64,000 nucleotides of DNA from Methanobacterium sp. (lineage in GTDB: Archaea > Methanobacteriota > Methanobacteria > Methanobacteriales > Methanobacteriaceae), in the NCBI RefSeq assembly GCF_038562635.1, contig NZ_JBCFBO010000001.1:1736192-1800191 (forward strand). Reading direction: 5' to 3'. The translations under genes were made by a program, and so were the position numbers. A model generated the notes under the pieces. That model saw only the letters and a program-made list of their open reading frames with translations. It ran no database searches and was not told the origin of the DNA. Of the stretch, positions 63,006 to 64,000 are shown piece by piece (position 1 is the first letter of the stretch; each line of letters opens with the position of its first letter).

Positions 63006-63029
63006 TTATATCACCCGAATAAGGAGGGA

Positions 63030-63405
63030 ATGAGAGAATAAGACAGAAGCGGTAGTCTCATTTATTATTTCTCTCATGAATTTGAAATTGTGTAAGGAGA
63101 GATATAAACCCTCGAAAATCTTTCAAAATTTCGATTTAAAAGATTTTCTGGGCCCTCAAAATTCATAGAATTTTGAGCAACAAGGAACGGAGGCGGTATT
63201 GTCCTCATTAACATCTCTCCATAACTTTAATTATGTGATAGAGATTAAGTCTATGCAATATGCTCTTGATTTAATCTCTCAATGAATTAAGCAGCGGAGA
63301 GAACTTAGATGAAGGGTGGTAGGTTAATTATCGTACAGTATCTCTCCACAAAGTTAATTCAATTAAATAAGGGAGAGAAATAGGTGATCTTTAAGAATCT
63401 CTCCC
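63030..63405. repeat. Tandem array of five hairpins sharing a GGAGAGA/TCTCTCC stem
   Basis: U1 ATGAGAGAA(63030-38)/TTCTCTCAT(63069-77). U2 GGAGAGAT(63096-103)/ATCTCTCC(63213-220). U3 AGAGATTAA(63240-48)/TTAATCTCT(63271-79). U4 GGAGAGA(63296-302)/TCTCTCC(63341-47). U5 GGGAGAGA(63371-78)/TCTCTCCC(63398-405). The tails after each stem are similar (CATGAATTTGAAATTGTG, CATAACTTTAATTATGTG, CACAAAGTTAATTCAATT). Confidence 0.8.
63109..63178. mobile_element. A/T-tract mini-hairpin pair nested in the loop of unit U2 of the GGAGAGA array
   Basis: GAAAATCTT(63114-122)/AAGATTTTC(63140-148) and CTCAAAATTC-ata-GAATTTTGAG (63155-63177). U2's remaining loop (GGAACGGAGGCGGTATTGTCCTCATTA) is homologous to U1's loop (AGACAGAAGCGGTAGTCTCATTTATTA), so this 70-nt block looks inserted. 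Confidence 0.6.
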
Positions 63406-63448
63406 AATTTTGGCATGAGGGAATTGATGATAAACTGAAGCACATAGT

Positions 63449-63868
63449 TTATTTAAAATATCTTTCTAAAATTCCCTCTAGCATTTTAGCATGGCGGCCT
63501 TCATCCCTTGAGCTTTCATCAAAGAAATCATGAGCCGGGTCAATATCACACTCTTTAGCTTTTTTAGCTGCGGCTTTCTTTTCATTGTTAGCCATTGTTT
63601 CACCATTTAACATCATTTCAATGTTTTCTTTGAGGGAAGGCTTAATAATTCCACCAAGTTCTGCAAAATGGGAAGCGTGGTTAGCTTCATCCAGTGCAAT
63701 TCTTGTCAAGACTTCGCCTACTTCTGGAAGGCCGTCTCTTTGTGCCTGGCGGGCCATAGCCAGGTACATTCCTACTTCCTGGCATTCTCCGTTAAAATTG
63801 GCCTGAACTGCTTCTTCTATATCTGTGTTTTTACAAATTCCAATTTCGTGTTCGTTTATTATTTCCAT
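63449..63868 (-). CDS. Rubrerythrin-like ferritin-fold diiron protein (no rubredoxin domain)
   Basis: 139 aa with [30 protein letters not shown] and [10 protein letters not shown] (paired E...ExxH motifs). Confidence 0.8.
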   Translation of the reverse strand: MEIINEHEIGICKNTDIEEAVQANFNGECQEVGMYLAMARQAQRDGLPEVGEVLTRIALDEANHASHFAELGGIIKPSLKENIEMMLNGETMANNEKKAAAKKAKECDIDPAHDFFDESSRDEGRHAKMLEGILERYFK

Positions 63869-63892
63869 TTTAATCTCCTCTATTCCAATTTA

Positions 63893-64000
63893 TTAAAGCC
63901 CTTTTATCTCCTGAGCAAGTTTTTTACCTGTCTGGAAGCATTTTTCCAGTTCATCTGCATCAGGTACGTAATATATTTCGTATTGATCTTTTACATCGAA
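63893..64000 (-). CDS. 3' end of a gene that starts beyond the window; the tail weakly resembles the flavodoxin-like C-terminus of FprA-type flavodiiron proteins
   Basis: My translation is [35 protein letters not shown], open to the window edge. The product guess rests on context (rubrerythrin and rubredoxin downstream) and a weak memory of FprA C-termini. Confidence 0.3.
   Translation of the reverse strand, partial: FDVKDQYEIYYVPDADELEKCFQTGKKLAQEIKGL

Noticed and set aside
63030-63405. Possible CRISPR array
   Set aside because: The repeated elements are inverted pairs forming hairpins, not constant-length direct repeats with unique spacers. The spacing is irregular, and there is no leader or cas gene in the window.

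Overview
This is an AT-rich chromosomal segment of a methanogenic archaeon. The gene set points to Methanobacteriales: hdrA, archaeal-type SAM synthetase, radA plus a multi-OB-fold RPA, a DmrX-like flavoprotein, a MurT/GatD-like pair and a Tes-like radical-SAM enzyme. I count about 50 protein genes. Most are housekeeping genes (purE, ribH, rpa, radA, hdrA, glyA, mat, ileS, purL, msrA, moeA). There is also an ars-like methylation/efflux operon, and a redox-stress neighbourhood near the right end (NADH oxidase family, Hcp, two rubredoxin genes, rubrerythrin). I saw no rRNA, tRNA, CRISPR array, transposase or integrase. Two genes are decayed: an aconitase-family leuC/hacA remnant and a DUF169 gene. 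The strongest signal not explained by genes is a dispersed, modular family of 17-25 nt hairpins with an A-tract arm and a T-tract arm. They are packed into arrays at 10 or more loci, totalling roughly 1.6 kb. The evidence that this is a true repeat family that spreads: stems co-vary between loci, a 37-nt block recurs perfectly in inverted orientation 11 kb away, one 100-nt array interrupts the DUF169 coding sequence, another sits inside a different repeat, and one is flanked by a duplicated ileS 3' end. A second unexplained structure is a tandem array of five GGAGAGA/TCTCTCC hairpins between the rubredoxin and rubrerythrin genes. All calls come from reading the sequence and ORF track by eye. 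No searches were run, and family assignments rest on remembered motifs.
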